DNA of 64,000 nt from Escherichia coli (GTDB taxonomy: Bacteria > Pseudomonadota > Gammaproteobacteria > Enterobacterales > Enterobacteriaceae). Shown here in pieces: positions 34,420 to 45,567 of this stretch (the first letter of the stretch is position 1; each line of letters begins with the position of its first letter). Position numbers and translations under genes: made by a program. The stretch lies in assembly GCF_003334405.1 (NCBI RefSeq), contig NZ_QOWM01000008.1; one strand, given 5' to 3'. Below the pieces are notes generated by a model. That model made no database searches. It was not told the origin of the DNA and saw only the letters and a list, made by a program, of their open reading frames with translations.

Positions 34420-37095
34420 ATGTCGTCAACCCTACGAGAAGCCAGTAAGGACACGTTGCAGGCCAAAGATAAAACTTACCACTACTACAGCCTGCCGCTT
34501 GCTGCTAAATCACTGGGCGATATCACCCGTCTACCCAAGTCACTCAAAGTTTTGCTCGAAAACCTGCTGCGCTGGCAGGATGGTAACTCGGTTACCGAAG
34601 AGGATATCCACGCGCTGGCAGGATGGCTGAAAAATGCCCATGCTGACCGTGAAATTGCCTACCGCCCGGCAAGGGTGCTGATGCAGGACTTTACCGGCGT
34701 ACCTGCCGTTGTTGATCTGGCGGCAATGCGCGAAGCGGTTAAACGCCTCGGCGGCGATACTGCAAAGGTTAACCCGCTCTCACCGGTCGACCTGGTCATT
34801 GACCACTCGGTGACCGTCGATCGTTTTGGTGATGATGAGGCATTTGAAGAAAACGTACGCCTGGAAATGGAGCGCAACCACGAACGTTATGTGTTCCTGA
34901 AATGGGGAAAGCAAGCGTTCAGTCGGTTTAGCGTCGTGCCGCCAGGCACAGGCATTTGCCATCAGGTTAACCTCGAATATCTCGGCAAAGCAGTGTGGAG
35001 TGAATTGCAGGACGGTGAATGGATTGCTTATCCGGATACACTCGTTGGTACTGACTCGCACACCACCATGATCAACGGCCTTGGCGTGCTGGGGTGGGGC
35101 GTTGGTGGGATCGAAGCAGAAGCCGCAATGTTAGGCCAGCCGGTTTCCATGCTTATCCCGGATGTAGTGGGCTTCAAACTTACCGGAAAATTACGTGAAG
35201 GTATTACCGCCACAGACCTGGTTCTCACTGTTACCCAAATGCTGCGCAAACATGGCGTGGTGGGGAAATTCGTCGAATTTTATGGTGATGGCCTGGATTC
35301 ACTACCGTTGGCGGATCGCGCCACCATTGCCAATATGTCGCCAGAATATGGTGCCACCTGTGGCTTCTTCCCAATCGATGCTGTAACCCTCGATTACATG
35401 CGTTTAAGCGGGCGCAGCGAAGATCAGGTCGAGTTGGTCGAAAAATATGCCAAAGCGCAGGGCATGTGGCGTAACCCGGGCGATGAACCAATTTTTACCA
35501 GTACGTTAGAACTGGATATGAATGACGTTGAAGCGAGCCTGGCAGGGCCTAAACGCCCACAGGATCGCGTTGCACTGCCCGATGTACCAAAAGCATTTGC
35601 CGCCAGTAACGAACTGGAAGTGAATGCCACGCATAAAGATCGCCAGCCGGTCGATTATGTTATGAACGGACATCAGTATCAGTTACCTGATGGCGCTGTG
35701 GTCATTGCTGCGATAACCTCGTGCACCAACACCTCTAACCCAAGTGTGCTGATGGCCGCAGGCTTGCTGGCGAAAAAAGCCGTAACTCTGGGCCTCAAGC
35801 GGCAACCATGGGTCAAAGCGTCGCTGGCACCGGGTTCGAAAGTCGTTTCTGATTATCTGGCAAAAGCGAAACTGACACCGTATCTCGACGAACTGGGGTT
35901 TAACCTTGTGGGATACGGTTGTACCACCTGTATTGGTAACTCTGGGCCGCTGCCCGATCCTATCGAAACGGCAATCAAAAAAGGCGATTTAACCGTCGGT
36001 GCGGTGCTGTCCGGCAACCGTAACTTTGAAGGCCGTATCCATCCGCTGGTTAAAACTAACTGGCTGGCCTCGCCGCCGCTGGTGGTTGCCTATGCGCTGG
36101 CGGGAAATATGAATATCAACCTGGCTTCTGAGCCTATCGGCCATGATCGCAAAGGCGATCCGGTTTATCTGAAAGATATCTGGCCATCGGCACAAGAAAT
36201 TGCCCGTGCGGTAGAACAAGTCTCCACAGAAATGTTCCGCAAAGAGTACGCAGAAGTTTTTGAAGGCACAGCAGAGTGGAAGGGAATTAACGTCACACGA
36301 TCCGATACCTACGGTTGGCAGGAGGACTCAACCTATATTCGCTTATCGCCTTTCTTTGATGAAATGCAGGCAACACCAGCACCAGTGGAAGATATTCACG
36401 GTGCGCGGATCCTCGCAATGCTGGGGGATTCAGTCACCACTGACCATATCTCTCCGGCGGGCAGTATTAAGCCCGACAGCCCAGCGGGTCGATATCTACA
36501 AGGTCGGGGTGTTGAGCGAAAAGACTTTAACTCCTACGGTTCGCGGCGTGGTAACCATGAAGTGATGATGCGCGGCACCTTCGCCAATATTCGCATCCGT
36601 AATGAAATGGTGCCTGGCGTTGAAGGGGGGATGACGCGGCATTTACCTGACAGCGACGTAGTCTCTATTTATGATGCTGCGATGCGCTATAAGCAGGAGC
36701 AAACGCCGCTGGCGGTGATTGCCGGGAAAGAGTATGGATCAGGCTCCAGTCGTGACTGGGCGGCAAAAGGTCCGCGTCTGCTTGGTATTCGTGTGGTGAT
36801 TGCCGAATCGTTTGAACGAATTCACCGTTCGAATTTAATTGGCATGGGCATCCTGCCGCTGGAATTTCCGCAAGGCGTAACGCGTAAAACGTTAGGGCTA
36901 ACCGGGGAAGAGAAGATTGATATTGGCGATCTGCAAAACCTACAACCCGGCGCGACGGTTCCGGTGACGCTTACGCGCGCGGATGGTAGCCAGGAAGTCG
37001 TACCCTGCCGTTGTCGTATCGACACCGCGACGGAGTTGACCTACTACCAGAACGACGGCATTTTGCATTATGTCATTCGTAATATGTTGAAGTAA
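34420..37095 (+). CDS. acnA: Aconitate hydratase A
   Basis: 891-aa ORF. Confidence 0.97.
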   Translation: MSSTLREASKDTLQAKDKTYHYYSLPLAAKSLGDITRLPKSLKVLLENLLRWQDGNSVTEEDIHALAGWLKNAHADREIAYRPARVLMQDFTGVPAVVDLAAMREAVKRLGGDTAKVNPLSPVDLVIDHSVTVDRFGDDEAFEENVRLEMERNHERYVFLKWGKQAFSRFSVVPPGTGICHQVNLEYLGKAVWSELQDGEWIAYPDTLVGTDSHTTMINGLGVLGWGVGGIEAEAAMLGQPVSMLIPDVVGFKLTGKLREGITATDLVLTVTQMLRKHGVVGKFVEFYGDGLDSLPLADRATIANMSPEYGATCGFFPIDAVTLDYMRLSGRSEDQVELVEKYAKAQGMWRNPGDEPIFTSTLELDMNDVEASLAGPKRPQDRVALPDVPKAFAASNELEVNATHKDRQPVDYVMNGHQYQLPDGAVVIAAITSCTNTSNPSVLMAAGLLAKKAVTLGLKRQPWVKASLAPGSKVVSDYLAKAKLTPYLDELGFNLVGYGCTTCIGNSGPLPDPIETAIKKGDLTVGAVLSGNRNFEGRIHPLVKTNWLASPPLVVAYALAGNMNINLASEPIGHDRKGDPVYLKDIWPSAQEIARAVEQVSTEMFRKEYAEVFEGTAEWKGINVTRSDTYGWQEDSTYIRLSPFFDEMQATPAPVEDIHGARILAMLGDSVTTDHISPAGSIKPDSPAGRYLQGRGVERKDFNSYGSRRGNHEVMMRGTFANIRIRNEMVPGVEGGMTRHLPDSDVVSIYDAAMRYKQEQTPLAVIAGKEYGSGSSRDWAAKGPRLLGIRVVIAESFERIHRSNLIGMGILPLEFPQGVTRKTLGLTGEEKIDIGDLQNLQPGATVPVTLTRADGSQEVVPCRCRIDTATELTYYQNDGILHYVIRNMLK

Positions 37096-37100
37096 CAACT

Positions 37101-37137
37101 ATTTGCTTGCCGGTTATTTTGCTTCCGGCAAGCAAAT
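37101..37137. terminator. Bidirectional terminator between convergent acnA and ribA
   Basis: 13-bp perfect arms atttgcttgccgg / ccggcaagcaaat around a T-rich loop. Confidence 0.5.
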
Positions 37138-37158
37138 GAATTACACAATGCAAGAGGG

Positions 37159-37749
37159 TTATTTGTTCAGCAAATGGCCCATTTTCTCGGCTTTGGTATC
37201 GAGATAATGTTCGTTATTGGGGTTACGACCTACAATCAATGGTACGCGTTCAACAATATTAATCCCTGCTTCGGTCAGAATTTCGACTTTTTTCGGGTTA
37301 TTGGTTAACAAGCGGACTTCATTGACGCCAAGGAGTTTGAACATATCAGCGCAAAGAGTGAAGTCGCGCTCATCAGCGGCGAAGCCTAACTGGTGGTTAG
37401 CCTCTACGGTATCGTAACCTTGATCCTGCAGTGCGTAAGCGCGGATTTTATTCAGCAGACCAATGTTACGACCTTCCTGACGGTGATACAGCAAAATACC
37501 ACGGCCTTCCTCGGCAATTTGCGTCAATGCCGCTTCGAGCTGGAAGCCACAATCGCAGCGCAAGCTGAACAGGGCGTCACCGGTCAGACATTCGGAATGG
37601 ACGCGCGCAAGTACCGGGGTATGCCCGGAAATATCGCCATAGACTAGCGCGACATGATCGTGTCCGGTTGCCAGTTCTTCAAATCCCACCATCAGGAAAT
37701 CGCCCCATGGGGTTGGCAGTTTGGCTTCTGCCACACGTTTAAGCTGCAT
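37159..37749 (-). CDS. ribA: GTP cyclohydrolase II
   Basis: 196 aa from ATG 37747-37749 ([18 protein letters not shown]...) inside ORF 37159-37812. Confidence 0.93.
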
Positions 37750-37918
37750 GAAATTCTCCAGATAATGCTGGTTCTGTATTGGCTTATTTTGCCATAACGA
37801 GAAGGGGTTCACCTAATCACGACGCGTCGATCGTTCACGGAATGGCACAAATCTGTCAATTTTTCCTGGAACTGGCGTTTTCAGTTATGATTGTGGGACT
37901 TATCAAAAAGGAGAGGCC

Positions 37919-38683
37919 ATGCGTTCGATTGCCAGACGTACCGCAGTGGGAGCTGCACTATTGCTTGTCATGCCAGTAGCCGTATGGATTTCTGGCTGGC
38001 GTTGGCAACCTGGAGAACAAAGTTGGCTACTAAAAGCGGCTTTTTGGGTTACTGAAACTGTCACCCAGCCCTGGGGCGTCATTACACATTTGATTTTATT
38101 CGGCTGGTTTCTCTGGTGTCTGCGTTTTCGCATTAAGGCTGCCTTTGTATTATTTGCCATTCTGGCGGCCGCAATCCTTGTGGGACAAGGCGTTAAATCC
38201 TGGATCAAAGACAAAGTCCAGGAACCACGACCTTTTGTTATCTGGCTGGAAAAAACACATCATATTCCGGTTGATGAGTTCTACACTTTAAAGCGAGCAG
38301 AACGCGGAAATCTAGTGAAAGAACAGTTGGCTGAAGAGAAAAATATCCCACAATATTTGCGTTCACACTGGCAGAAAGAGACGGGGTTTGCCTTTCCTTC
38401 CGGTCACACGATGTTTGCTGCCAGTTGGGCACTGCTGGCCGTTGGTTTGCTGTGGCCGCGTCGGCGAACGTTAACCATTGCTATCTTGCTGGTCTGGGCA
38501 ACGGGAGTCATGGGAAGCCGCCTGCTGCTCGGGATGCATTGGCCACGCGATCTGGTAGTAGCTACGTTGATTTCGTGGGCGCTGGTGGCGGTGGCAACGT
38601 GGCTTGCGCAACGAATTTGTGGGCCATTAACACCACCTGCGGAAGAAAATCGCGAAATAGCGCAACGAGAACAAGAAAGTTAA
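37919..38683 (+). CDS. pgpB: Phosphatidylglycerophosphatase B (PAP2 family)
   Basis: 254-aa ORF, membrane protein. Confidence 0.94.
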   Translation: MRSIARRTAVGAALLLVMPVAVWISGWRWQPGEQSWLLKAAFWVTETVTQPWGVITHLILFGWFLWCLRFRIKAAFVLFAILAAAILVGQGVKSWIKDKVQEPRPFVIWLEKTHHIPVDEFYTLKRAERGNLVKEQLAEEKNIPQYLRSHWQKETGFAFPSGHTMFAASWALLAVGLLWPRRRTLTIAILLVWATGVMGSRLLLGMHWPRDLVVATLISWALVAVATWLAQRICGPLTPPAEENREIAQREQES

Positions 38684-38831
38684 CGCTGGTTGATTTTCCG
38701 AATTTAGCCCTTAAATCATCAACAATGCGTGTGGATGCCATTTCGCAGACGGCGCGAAAATGGTACTTTAAAGGGCTATTGCGGTAAGTTGACCATAATT
38801 TATTCGCTCTAACCACATAACGGGAAGTAAT

Positions 38832-39140
38832 GTGAAATATTTACTCATTTTCTTACTGGTGTTAGCGATCTTCGTGATTTCGGTCACGTTGGGTGCGCAG
38901 AACGATCAACAGGTGACGTTTAATTATCTGTTAGCGCAAGGGGAGTACCGTATTTCCACATTGCTGGCGGTATTGTTTGCTGCGGGGTTTGCTATCGGTT
39001 GGTTGATTTGTGGCCTGTTCTGGCTGCGAGTTCGTGTTTCCCTGGCGCGCGCTGAACGTAAAATAAAGCGACTGGAAAACCAGCTTTCACCCGCGACTGA
39101 CGTGGCTGTAGTGCCGCACTCGTCAGCGGCGAAGGAATAA
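38832..39140 (+). CDS. lapA: LPS assembly protein LapA (YciS)
   Basis: 102-aa ORF, two TM helices. Confidence 0.9.
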   Translation: MKYLLIFLLVLAIFVISVTLGAQNDQQVTFNYLLAQGEYRISTLLAVLFAAGFAIGWLICGLFWLRVRVSLARAERKIKRLENQLSPATDVAVVPHSSAAKE

Positions 39141-39146
39141 CTTTCT

Positions 39147-40316
39147 ATGCTGGAGTTGTTGTTTCTGCTTTTGCCTGTAGCCGCTGCCTATGGCTGGTAT
39201 ATGGGCCGCAGAAGTGCGCAACAAAACAAGCAAGATGAAGCCAACCGCTTGTCGCGTGATTACGTAGCGGGGGTTAACTTCCTGCTTAGTAATCAACAGG
39301 ATAAAGCGGTAGACCTGTTTCTCGATATGCTTAAAGAGGATACAGGCACCGTTGAAGCCCACCTTACGCTCGGAAACCTGTTCCGTTCGCGTGGCGAAGT
39401 TGATCGCGCTATTCGCATCCATCAGACCCTAATGGAAAGCGCCTCGCTGACCTATGAACAGCGTCTGTTGGCGATTCAACAACTGGGGCGTGATTACATG
39501 GCCGCCGGGTTATATGACCGCGCGGAAGACATGTTCAATCAGCTGACCGATGAAACTGACTTCCGCATTGGCGCGCTGCAACAGTTGCTACAAATCTACC
39601 AGGCTACCAGTGAGTGGCAGAAAGCAATTGATGTTGCCGAACGCCTGGTGAAGCTGGGTAAAGATAAACAGCGCGTCGAAATTGCCCATTTCTACTGTGA
39701 GTTAGCCCTGCAGCATATGGCCAGCGACGATCTCGATCGTGCCATGACCTTGCTAAAAAAAGGGGCGGCGGCAGATAAAAACAGCGCCCGCGTATCCATA
39801 ATGATGGGACGCGTGTTTATGGCGAAAGGAGAATACGCCAAAGCCGTCGAAAGTCTGCAACGCGTGATATCCCAGGACAGAGAACTGGTCAGCGAAACGC
39901 TGGAAATGTTGCAAACCTGCTATCAGCAGTTGGGTAAAACTGCCGAATGGGCAGAATTCCTGCAGCGTGCGGTGGAAGAGAACACCGGTGCCGATGCTGA
40001 ATTGATGCTTGCTGATATCATCGAAGCGCGCGACGGTAGTGAGGCCGCACAGGTCTATATTACGCGCCAGCTTCAGCGTCATCCGACCATGCGTGTGTTC
40101 CATAAGTTAATGGATTACCACTTAAATGAAGCGGAAGAAGGGCGTGCCAAAGAGAGCCTGATGGTGCTGCGTGACATGGTTGGCGAGAAGGTACGTAGTA
40201 AGCCTCGTTATCGTTGCCAGAAATGTGGTTTTACCGCATACACCCTCTACTGGCATTGTCCGTCTTGTCGGGCCTGGTCAACCATTAAACCGATTCGCGG
40301 TCTTGATGGCCTGTAA
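39147..40316 (+). CDS. lapB: LPS assembly protein LapB (YciM; TPR repeats, C-terminal rubredoxin-type Cys4)
   Basis: 389-aa ORF; C-terminal CQKCG...CPSC. Confidence 0.94.
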   Translation: MLELLFLLLPVAAAYGWYMGRRSAQQNKQDEANRLSRDYVAGVNFLLSNQQDKAVDLFLDMLKEDTGTVEAHLTLGNLFRSRGEVDRAIRIHQTLMESASLTYEQRLLAIQQLGRDYMAAGLYDRAEDMFNQLTDETDFRIGALQQLLQIYQATSEWQKAIDVAERLVKLGKDKQRVEIAHFYCELALQHMASDDLDRAMTLLKKGAAADKNSARVSIMMGRVFMAKGEYAKAVESLQRVISQDRELVSETLEMLQTCYQQLGKTAEWAEFLQRAVEENTGADAELMLADIIEARDGSEAAQVYITRQLQRHPTMRVFHKLMDYHLNEAEEGRAKESLMVLRDMVGEKVRSKPRYRCQKCGFTAYTLYWHCPSCRAWSTIKPIRGLDGL

Positions 40317-40509
40317 TTTTTAAAAAAAATCCGACTTTAGTTACAACATACTAATTATTAATGTTCCATTGTGCTCCGGCAACGACGGCGCAGAAAAAGC
40401 CTGCCAGGGGAGAAATCGCAACTGTTAATTTTTTATTTCCACGGGTAGAATGCTCGCCGTTTACCTGTTTCGCGCCACTTCCGGTGCCCATCATCAAGAA
40501 GGTCTGGTC

Positions 40510-41247
40510 ATGACGTTAACTGCTTCATCTTCTTCCCGCGCTGTTACGAATTCTCCTGTGGTTGTTGCCCTTGATTATCATAATCGTGATGACGCGCTGG
40601 CCTTTGTCGACAAGATCGACCCACGCGATTGTCGTCTGAAGGTCGGCAAAGAGATGTTTACATTGTTTGGGCCACAGTTTGTGCGCGAACTTCAACAGCG
40701 TGGTTTTGATATCTTTCTTGACCTGAAATTCCACGATATCCCCAACACTGCAGCGCACGCTGTCGCTGCTGCAGCTGACTTAGGCGTGTGGATGGTGAAT
40801 GTTCATGCCTCTGGTGGGGCGCGTATGATGACCGCAGCGCGTGAGGCACTGGTTCCGTTTGGCAAAGATGCACCGCTTTTGATTGCTGTGACAGTGTTGA
40901 CCAGCATGGAAGCCAGCGACCTGGTCGATCTTGGCATGACACTGTCACCTGCAGATTATGCAGAACGTCTGGCGGCACTGACGCAAAAATGTGGCCTTGA
41001 TGGTGTGGTGTGTTCTGCTCAGGAAGCTGTGCGCTTTAAACAGGTATTCGGTCAGGAGTTCAAACTGGTTACGCCGGGCATTCGTCCGCAGGGGAGTGAA
41101 GCTGGTGACCAGCGCCGCATTATGACGCCAGAACAGGCGTTGTCGGCTGGTGTTGATTATATGGTGATTGGTCGCCCGGTAACGCAATCGGTAGATCCAG
41201 CGCAGACGCTGAAAGCGATCAACGCCTCTTTACAGCGGAGTGCATGA
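40510..41247 (+). CDS. pyrF: Orotidine-5'-phosphate decarboxylase
   Basis: 245 aa from ATG 40510 ([12 protein letters not shown]...) inside ORF 40450-41247. Confidence 0.94.
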   Translation: MTLTASSSSRAVTNSPVVVALDYHNRDDALAFVDKIDPRDCRLKVGKEMFTLFGPQFVRELQQRGFDIFLDLKFHDIPNTAAHAVAAAADLGVWMVNVHASGGARMMTAAREALVPFGKDAPLLIAVTVLTSMEASDLVDLGMTLSPADYAERLAALTQKCGLDGVVCSAQEAVRFKQVFGQEFKLVTPGIRPQGSEAGDQRRIMTPEQALSAGVDYMVIGRPVTQSVDPAQTLKAINASLQRSA

Positions 41248-41573
41248 TGAGTGATTCCAACAGCCGTCTGGTCTACTCAACGGAAACCGGACGTATTGAT
41301 GAGCCCAAAGCGGCCCCTGTACGCCCTAAAGGCGACGGTGTGGTGCGTATTCAGCGTCAGACCAGTGGACGTAAAGGTAAGGGCGTTTGCCTGATTACCG
41401 GTGTCGATCTCGATGATGCCGAACTGACAAAACTTGCAGCGGAACTGAAGAAAAAATGCGGCTGCGGCGGAGCAGTTAAAGATGGAGTTATTGAAATCCA
41501 GGGCGATAAGCGTGATTTATTAAAATCACTACTTGAAGCGAAAGGGATGAAGGTAAAACTCGCAGGCGGTTAA
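41244..41573 (+). CDS. yciH: SUI1/eIF1-family translation factor homolog YciH
   Basis: 108/109-aa ORF overlapping pyrF stop. Confidence 0.9.
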   Translation: MMSDSNSRLVYSTETGRIDEPKAAPVRPKGDGVVRIQRQTSGRKGKGVCLITGVDLDDAELTKLAAELKKKCGCGGAVKDGVIEIQGDKRDLLKSLLEAKGMKVKLAGG

Positions 41574-41578
41574 CATAA

Positions 41579-41606
41579 AAAGCCACGGATATATCCGTGG
41601 CTTTCG
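41579..41606. terminator. Bidirectional terminator between convergent yciH and osmB
   Basis: aagccacggata / tatccgtggctt perfect palindrome with flanking A and T runs. Confidence 0.6.
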
Positions 41607-41698
41607 AATATTTTACTGTGCGTATTATTCAGTTATTTCGTACTGAACAGAATCAAGCGTATTATAATTGCGAGTCGATAATCGACATTTATTTACGA

Positions 41699-41917
41699 TT
41701 ATTTACCGACCTGGTGACCAATAACACCACCGACAGCTGCACCACCTAATGTACCCAACGTACTGCCATCGGTCAGTACTGCACCGCCTAATGCCCCTGC
41801 ACCCGCGCCGATTGCGGTGTTGCGGTCCCGTTTAGACCAGTTAGAACAGGCACTCAGAGACATTGCCAAAGTAATTGCCAGAACAGCCGCGGTCATTTTT
41901 TTGCTCGTTACAAACAT
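41699..41917 (-). CDS. osmB: Osmotically inducible lipoprotein OsmB
   Basis: 72-aa ORF; lipobox LSAC, Gly-rich repeats. Confidence 0.93.
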   Translation of the reverse strand: MFVTSKKMTAAVLAITLAMSLSACSNWSKRDRNTAIGAGAGALGGAVLTDGSTLGTLGGAAVGGVIGHQVGK

Positions 41918-42139
41918 AATACTCTCTCCTGAATTTATGATTCACGGAAGTAAGCTCTCTATAACTATAATAGCTAAGAATAAGCTTGGTGAAATTATTC
42001 CGTGAAATCTGCTCGCGCGCAGGGTTATATCACGCAGGTGATAATGACTTCCTGTTATATCGCTGATAATAATTTTATATCTTGAGAGTGTTAATAACAG
42101 GTAAATAGTCTTAATTATCAACCAGGAATCATCTTAGAG

Positions 42140-42169
42140 CGGATGATTTGCCAAACTGCAAATCATCCG
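42140..42169. other. Perfect 12-bp-stem inverted repeat just downstream of yciT stop, far upstream of osmB
   Basis: cggatgatttgc-caaact-gcaaatcatccg. Confidence 0.7.
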
Positions 42170-42185
42170 TAGAGAAGGGAAATGG

Positions 42186-42935
42186 TTAAATGTCAACGAC
42201 GTGAACGGTGAGTTTACTGTGCTCAAGATGCATCAGATCGCTGGCGCGTATTTTCGAATCGGTAATCACGCGATTGAATCGCTCAACGGGACCGATGGAG
42301 TATGAATGTACAGCACCAAATTTCGAGCTGTCAGTCAGGACTATCGCTTCGCACTCTTTTTCCAGCACGGCATTGACCACATCGGTACGCATCATATCGC
42401 GACCGGTAAATCCAGTTTCAGGTTGCCAGCCATCAATACCAATAAATGCTTTGCTGAAATGCACCTGTTGGATGCACTGGCGTGTCAAAGGGCCAACCAT
42501 ACTTTCGCTTTTTTTCTGATACACGCCACCGAGCAAAATAACTTCACAAGGCGCGTCTTTCAGCAAATGCGCGATGTAGCTGCTGACCGTGATGATAGTG
42601 ACATTTTTCTTCTGCTCGCCCAGAGTCCGGGCGAGTAGGGCATTGCTGCTGCCATTTTCGATAAAGATGGTTTCGCCCGGTTGAACCAGCGACGCGGCAA
42701 ACTCGGCGAGTTCACGCTTCAGCGTATAGTTGCTCATCATACGGGTTTCGACGTCATCACTATCAAGCGAAACAGCAAAGCCATGTGCACGGCGGAGGTA
42801 ACTCAGTTTTTCGAGTGTGTTGAGATCCTGGCGAATGGTAACTTCAGAAACTCCAGTGGCTTTTGCCAGATCGGTTACGCTAACCTGACCCTGGTCAATG
42901 ACCATCTGTAGAATAGTTTGTTGTCGGGAATTCAT
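42186..42935 (-). CDS. yciT: DeoR-family transcriptional regulator YciT
   Basis: 249-aa ORF; N-terminal HTH. Confidence 0.92.
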   Translation of the reverse strand: MNSRQQTILQMVIDQGQVSVTDLAKATGVSEVTIRQDLNTLEKLSYLRRAHGFAVSLDSDDVETRMMSNYTLKRELAEFAASLVQPGETIFIENGSSNALLARTLGEQKKNVTIITVSSYIAHLLKDAPCEVILLGGVYQKKSESMVGPLTRQCIQQVHFSKAFIGIDGWQPETGFTGRDMMRTDVVNAVLEKECEAIVLTDSSKFGAVHSYSIGPVERFNRVITDSKIRASDLMHLEHSKLTVHVVDI

Positions 42936-43024
42936 CGCTGTAATTCTTATAACGTTATAATACTTAATAAAAAAATACTGACGCGCCGGGCATCCTCAAA
43001 TAGGAAAACCTGAAGGCACGATTG

Positions 43025-43198
43025 TTAAATCTCCCACGGTGCCTTCGGGATGTCTGGCGTAGATTCAGCAACCTGGCGCAAGAGTTCTGCTTTAAGTATC
43101 TCGAGATTATGGATCGCAGAGTGGTAATCGCCTGCCACAAGGATATCTAACACAATATCAATACGTTCGGCAACGCGCTGGGCATCAAATTCAGACAT
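43025..43198 (-). CDS. yciZ: Small protein YciZ (57 aa)
   Basis: ORF 43025-43207; second ATG (43196-43198) has AAGGA at good spacing. Confidence 0.75.
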
Positions 43199-43345
43199 CA
43201 AGGACATCCTTATAGCAAAAGGGGGAAAATGAATAATGCAAAAATTGCCGCTAAAAGAGAAGTGTTTAACAGCAACGGCTAATTATCATCCAGGAATACG
43301 ATATATAATGACGGGATATAGCGCTAAGTATATATATTCATCTAC

Positions 43346-45331
43346 TTATGCGCGCTTCAGATAGCGTTTATACCAGCGTTCGAAGGCGACGGCGGGCATC
43401 GGTTTGGCAAACAAAAATCCTTGCCGCTCATTGATCCCGTTCTTGGTTAAAAAAGCATCTTCCTTTGCACTCTCTACACCTTCGGCGATCACCTGAAGAT
43501 TCAATGCCTGGGCCACAGCGACGATCGCCCGGACCAGTGACTGCGAGACAGGTTGTTTGTGAATATCTCGAACAAAAACCTGGTCAAGTTTGATGGCATC
43601 GATCGGAAAGCGCGCCAGTTGCGAAAGTGAAGAGTAGCCGGTACCAAAATCATCCAGATGCACTTGCGCACCTAGTTGGCTAAATTGTTGAATAACAGAC
43701 AGTGCCAGTTCATCATTCTCAATCAGACAACTCTCTGTCAGTTCAACATCTATAGGGCAGTATTCAAAATTGAGTTCCTGGAGAACCTGTTTCAGGGCGG
43801 TGAAAATGGTTTGATCGGCGAGCTGACGTGCAGAAATATTTACCGCCACTCGCAGGTTTATGCCTTTATCCCGCCACTTTGCCACCTGGCGTACGACATC
43901 GAGAATCACCCAACGGCCTAAAGGCACAATTAGCCCTGACTCTTCGGCGTAGGAAATGAAGTCCAACGGTGGAATCAACCCACGTTCAGGTGACTGCCAA
44001 CGTACTAGTGCTTCCAGACTGCGCACTTCGCCACGCCAGGTGATTTTCGGTTGATAGTGAATAACCAACTGATCGTTTTCCAGTGCTTTACGCAAGTTGG
44101 TATCCAGCCAGAGATATTCAAATACCCGTTGATTCATTTCTGGGGTAAAAACGCAAAATTGTCCTCGTCCGCCTTCCTTCGCTGTGTACATTGCTGTGTC
44201 GGCGTGACGAATAATAGCCGTGCTGTCTGAACCATGTTCGGGAGAGAGTGCAATACCTACTGAACAGCTGGTATAAACTTCAATTAAACCAATGCGAAAG
44301 GGGAGCCGTAAGCGGGTCAAAATTCGTGATGCCATTGCTTCCAGCGCGCTTTGTGAGGTGTTGGATGCCAGTACCAGAAACTCATCCCCACCTGGACGCG
44401 CCAACACCTGGTCATGTTCGAGACAGCTTAAAATAGCCAATGACACGTCGCGTAATAACTGGTCACCAAACAAATGCCCATAGGCGTCGTTGACCTTTTT
44501 GAAATTATCCAAATCAAGATACACAACCCCAACTTTATTGTTATCTGCATGATTAATAGCGTGATCGATTAAATCCTGCATTGCGTTACGATTCGGCAGT
44601 CCGGTGATACTGTCGGTATTTGCCAGAATACGCAGTCGCTCCTGAGCGCGGCGCTCTTCGGTAATGTCGGTGCCGGAACAGATTAAAAAAATCTCGTTTT
44701 TGCCACTGCCGCTGTGGACAAATTTATTGCGAAACAGAAACAGCCGCTGGCCTTTACATGTTGGTATCCACAGTTCGACTTCATATGCATTGCCGCTTCG
44801 AAAAAATACACGGTTATTGCGCCTGGATGCCGCAGCTTCACGACGGCTCATAAACAGTTTAAACACGCTTTGCCCAATGACGTCGTGTTCTTTCAACCCT
44901 GTGTAATCTTCACATAACCGATTGAAGCGTTGGATATTCCCCCGGCTGTCGAGAATCACTATTGCGGAATGTGCTTCAGAAACTACCTGCTCAGCAAAGG
45001 AAAGCCCGTGTGATAAATCACGAGCAACCGCCGGTGTGTCATGCCATGCAGACGCGTTGCCAGCCCATTCCCGTTTATTGATTTTTCGTCCTACCAGATG
45101 CACAGAAAGATCGCTTTCATCGACGGTCAGACTCATCATCAGGCTGGAGGTGATGACCGTCATTTCCCTGATGCGAGCAGCCTGTTCGGCAGATAACTGC
45201 AATGTACGATCAGGTTCTGTGGTTTCGGTGGTAGAAAAGCGCAAAACATCGCTGCTTTCCGTCAACCGCCAGTATGGATTGTGCGATCCGAGAAAGTTGT
45301 ACAACGTTGTGGACTCCCTAACGGTTTTCAT
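43346..45331 (-). CDS. pdeR: c-di-GMP phosphodiesterase PdeR (YciR/Gmr; PAS-GGDEF-EAL)
   Basis: 661-aa ORF; GGDEF and EAL motifs present. Confidence 0.94.
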   Translation of the reverse strand: MKTVRESTTLYNFLGSHNPYWRLTESSDVLRFSTTETTEPDRTLQLSAEQAARIREMTVITSSLMMSLTVDESDLSVHLVGRKINKREWAGNASAWHDTPAVARDLSHGLSFAEQVVSEAHSAIVILDSRGNIQRFNRLCEDYTGLKEHDVIGQSVFKLFMSRREAAASRRNNRVFFRSGNAYEVELWIPTCKGQRLFLFRNKFVHSGSGKNEIFLICSGTDITEERRAQERLRILANTDSITGLPNRNAMQDLIDHAINHADNNKVGVVYLDLDNFKKVNDAYGHLFGDQLLRDVSLAILSCLEHDQVLARPGGDEFLVLASNTSQSALEAMASRILTRLRLPFRIGLIEVYTSCSVGIALSPEHGSDSTAIIRHADTAMYTAKEGGRGQFCVFTPEMNQRVFEYLWLDTNLRKALENDQLVIHYQPKITWRGEVRSLEALVRWQSPERGLIPPLDFISYAEESGLIVPLGRWVILDVVRQVAKWRDKGINLRVAVNISARQLADQTIFTALKQVLQELNFEYCPIDVELTESCLIENDELALSVIQQFSQLGAQVHLDDFGTGYSSLSQLARFPIDAIKLDQVFVRDIHKQPVSQSLVRAIVAVAQALNLQVIAEGVESAKEDAFLTKNGINERQGFLFAKPMPAVAFERWYKRYLKRA

Positions 45332-45522
45332 GATGCATATCCTCCGGTTAACAGCGGAGTCCGCGGTTAAATAAAAGGAACAACATGACTTACATGAAAT
45401 TAACGGCGGCTAAACGCATTGTTTTTTTTTATATATTTATTTGTAATCCAGTTTTGGAAAAACGCCAGTTTTCAAACGAAAGTCAGTTAAAAAATCTGCC
45501 TGGATATAACGAAGGTAGAGCG

Positions 45523-45557
45523 GGGAAATAAACGGCCCATCCATGAGGAATGGGCCG
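45523..45557 (-). terminator. Candidate rnb terminator
   Basis: Hairpin cggcccat-ccatgaggaa-atgggccg 10 nt after rnb stop, followed on the minus strand by tttatttcc. Confidence 0.5.
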
Positions 45558-45567
45558 TGAAAGGAGA

